A stretch of 18,034 nt of DNA from Fibrobacterota bacterium (GTDB taxonomy: Bacteria > Fibrobacterota > Fibrobacteria > UBA11236). The notes under the pieces were generated by a model, which was not told where the DNA came from, did no database searches, and saw only the letters and a program-made list of their open reading frames with translations. The stretch is from contig JAYUVP010000281.1 of NCBI GenBank assembly GCA_043753995.1, forward strand, positions 1 through 18,034, given 5' to 3'. A program made the translations under genes and the position numbers. Below are positions 15,238-18,034 of this stretch, piece after piece; the first letter of the stretch is position 1, and the number at the start of each line of letters is the position of its first letter.

Positions 15238-17303
15238 TCACTTCAATTGCGCTTGCAGCAAATACACGCCTTCGGGCAATTGTTTCTCCAAGTTCAATTG
15301 GCCTTGCTTCGGATGCAAGCGCGCCCTGATTTTTCCAAAGGCATCGCGCACCAGAATGATTTGACTTTCGTGTGCAAAACCCCAAGGCAGCCACAAGGTG
15401 CTGCCTCCTCCATGCCGGACCATACGCCCCGGAGCAACACTGGGAACTTCTTGGCGAGGTAGTACCGAGGTCGTTAGGGGAATCACGATATTGGGCTTGG
15501 GTGGCGGCAAGGTCATGCCCTGCCCCAAGAAATAATCGACATGCGGCGGCTGATTATAGGCCACATTCTGCCAGGCCACAGCCAAGCGATAAGCGGGGTT
15601 ATGCATCAAGGTGTAAAAGCGATAGGTGGTCGGAAGGGTGGTCGTGAAAATGCGCAATTCCTTACTGTCTTCCGTGCGCCACATCACTTCTTCACGCCAA
15701 TCACCCAATAAATCAGCCGTGAGATTGGGCGTGGCCTTGGTGCCATTGTTCGAAGCGCAACCCGTAGCTTTCAATAAGGTGTCTCCATTCGCTTTTTGAA
15801 TCACGGTCTTGTCCACCAATTCGCGCAATAAATCGCCATCCCACCAAGCGAGAAAATTGTAGGAGGCATAACTCACCGAAACCGCAGTTCCCGCCACATT
15901 GCGTGCACCACCCGAAGCGCCCCAGAATTCGGCACCCGGATAATCTGCGGAAATATCAGCTGCCACGCCGCGCCCCACATCTTCATTGGGCAATTTCCAG
16001 TATACCTGGCCGGTTCGCGCCGATCGCAAATCGGCTCCGGGTTGCTCGCCGCCCTCGTGAATGGCATAAACCTCAAGCCCCGCCCTGGCCGGATCGAAAT
16101 CACCCACATGCAAAGCATCGCCATGTCCCAACTTGGTATTCCACAGGCCTTTGCCATTATCGTCGATCGCCATCGAACCGTAAATGATTTCGTCCTTGCC
16201 GTCGGCGTCGACATCGGCCACGCTTAATTGGTGATTGCCTTGTCCCGCATAGGCGCTATTGCCCGATTGATTGCTGTCGAAGATCCAACGCTGAGTCAGC
16301 GCCGTGCCATTCCAATCCCAAGCCACCAGCACGGTGCGGGTATATAACCGCGACAGAAAACCGCGCTCGGTCGCAGGCCATCGAGATAGGCCACGCCTGC
16401 TAAAAAGCGATCGACACGATTGGCGTAGGTTCCGCAATTGGGATCGCCCCAATCGCAGACATTGCCCCGCGCAGGCAAATAAGCCGTCGATTGCATGGCC
16501 CGGCCGGTCAATCCTTCGAAGACAGTGAGAAATTCGGGGCCGGTCATGATATAGCCCGAGGAGTGCCGATGATCGGCATTGGCATTGCCAATCACCTTGC
16601 CGGTACCGTCGAGGGTACCATCCGATGTACGGCACATGATTTCGGCCTTGCCGTCACCATCGAAGTCATAAACCAAGAATTGCGTATAATGCGCGCCGGC
16701 ACGCACATTCCGACCCAAGTTGATGCGCCAGAGTCGCTGACCGTTCAATTTGTAAGCATCGAGATAGACCACATCGGTGACGCCGCTTTTCGAATTGTCT
16801 TGAGCATTATTCGGCTCCCACTTCAAAATGATTTCATATTCACCGTCGCCATCGACATCACCCACGCTGGCATCATTGGCCGTATAAGCTGCACTAGGCA
16901 ATTGCAATGGGACGCTGAGATAGCCCTGATTCAAAGGTCGGGCCGGTTCGCTCGACTCTCCCTCTTGACCGTTCAGAATGGGCTTCACCGTATAGGCGGA
17001 CCCCCCGGTACCCAAGCCCGCTGATCCTCCCGTATGGATGAACAAAGTGGCGCCCGCGAGCGGCGTCGTATTCAATTTGGTTGCGCCATGATACACATTG
17101 AAGCCCACATCCGGTGATTCATTCCCGAATAAGCGCCAACTGAGATAGACATCATTTCCGGTGCGCACGGCAATCAAGGCGCGTGTGAGTTTTTCCATGG
17201 AGCGTTGGGCATGCGCCGATGAAACACCGAATGCGAATCCGATCAGGCAAAGGCATAGGGCACGCACCTGGAATAGCCGCGTGATAACAGTCACTTTATG
17301 CAT
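15238..17303 (-). pseudogene. Rhamnogalacturonan lyase, polysaccharide lyase family 11 (YesW/YesX-like), with C-terminal sorting domain; interrupted by a 1-nt frameshift near 16344 (pseudogene or sequence error)
   Basis: Frame A has a signal peptide, MEKLTRA, GDVDGDGEYEIILKWEP, RAGAHYTQFLVYDFDGDGKAE and NRVDRFLAGVAYLDG..PSAVFCRGY. Frame B continues YTRTVLVAWDW, GQGNHQLSVADVDADGKDEIIYG, HGDALH, NNGTKATP, AWQNVAYNQPPH. The minus strand reads GGT TAT AT ACC CGC where GGT TAT TAT ACC CGC is expected. Confidence 0.92.
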
Positions 17304-17385
17304 CTTTTTTTCCCAATGCGAAGCCATTTTTCTCCACATTACCCCAAAGCTTTCTCTACAGCCCAGAACCCGCCTCAAAAACCGA

Positions 17386-17410
17386 AAGGCCCGCCTTGGA
17401 GGCTGGCCTT
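17386..17410 (-). promoter_or_regulatory. GC-rich hairpin in the presumed leader of the PL11 gene
   Basis: Minus strand AAGGCC-A-GCCT [CCA] AGGC-G-GGCCTT followed by TCGGTTTTTG, about 80 nt upstream of ATG 17303. Confidence 0.45.
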
Positions 17411-17555
17411 ATTGCACAAACTAGGGTCAATCCGTCAAAATCGCTGGGCTAAGCTATCGAAACTCATTCTTAGCATAAAGAGTTCAAGTTCTCCACACGG
17501 TCCCCCTAAATACCCTGCCCTGGAATTCTCATCCTCGCCTATTCTAGAACATATC

Positions 17556-18034
17556 ATGCTCCCGTCTTATGACCAGAACCGACGCATCGGCCTTAGCTTC
17601 TGGGCAAGCTCCTTCACCTTGGTTTGCTCGGCCCTTTCGCAACCTCCCAACCCTAGCCTCGCCTTGACCAATGGTCCTTGTGACAGCGGGCCCATCCTGT
17701 CGGGAGGTAAACCCGACACCTTGGCTACAACTCCCGATGCCGAAGGTTTTTATCCCTTATTCAATGGCAAAAATTTGAAAGGGTGGTGGGAGAATTGTGG
17801 GTCAACACATAGCAGGGTCGATCGCAATCAAGGAGGCATTTGGGGAGCCGATTCCGTCCAAGGCATTCTCTTCGCATCACAAAACCCCAATGGAGCGGGC
17901 AGCCTGCTTTCGACCAATGCGAGTTTCGACAATTATGAATTGATATTCGACATCTGGCCGACCTTCGGCAATGATGCTGGCATCTTCAATCGTTGCACCG
18001 CGAACGGAAAGACCTGGCAGAGTGGATTGGATTA
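17556..18034 (+). CDS. DUF1080 (3-keto-disaccharide hydrolase-like) domain protein, 3'-truncated by the window edge
   Basis: Translated by hand because it is missing from the ORF track (no stop codon): MLPSYDQNRRIGLSFWASSFTLVCSALSQPP...PDAEGFYPLFNGKNLKGWW...GSLLSTNASFDNYELIFDIWPTFGNDAGIFNR. The GF..LFNGK.L.GW, L.T...F.NYEL and GN..GIF.R motifs fit DUF1080. Confidence 0.85.
   Translation, partial: MLPSYDQNRRIGLSFWASSFTLVCSALSQPPNPSLALTNGPCDSGPILSGGKPDTLATTPDAEGFYPLFNGKNLKGWWENCGSTHSRVDRNQGGIWGADSVQGILFASQNPNGAGSLLSTNASFDNYELIFDIWPTFGNDAGIFNRCTANGKTWQSGLD

Noticed and set aside
16345..16635. N-terminal part of the 465-aa ORF as a separate gene
   Set aside because: It is an out-of-frame reading of the PL11 N-terminal half. 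Similarity to PL11 begins only at YTRTVLVAW.

Overview
An 18-kb bacterial chromosomal window. The lineage is tentatively FCB-group/Fibrobacterota-like, inferred from secreted proteins with T9SS type-A-like C-terminal tails and an RF2 carrying SPY. The left two-thirds is mostly housekeeping: 5'-truncated prfB, a YchJ/SEC-C protein, a secreted SdiA-regulated (YjiK-like) protein, a PhzF-family protein, an HtrA/DegQ protease, gndA, a single-POTRA Omp85-family protein, and a tightly packed B12-radical SAM - purN - rnhB run. The right third is accessory and envelope-related: a Zn-ribbon class I methyltransferase, a small PEP-CTERM protein, a DUF3298/RsiV-like secreted protein, a Cys-rich secreted orphan, a PL11 rhamnogalacturonan lyase split by one missing base in its RGYYTR motif, and a 3'-truncated DUF1080 gene absent from the ORF track. 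I found no rRNA, tRNA, CRISPR array, transposase or integrase. No complete new multi-gene system can be supported from sequence alone. The best leads are the frameshifted lyase and its structured leader, the radical SAM-purN junction with an ATG-AAA-TGA bridge, the atypical Omp85 protein, and several intergenic dyads. All family calls come from motif recognition by eye, not from database searches.
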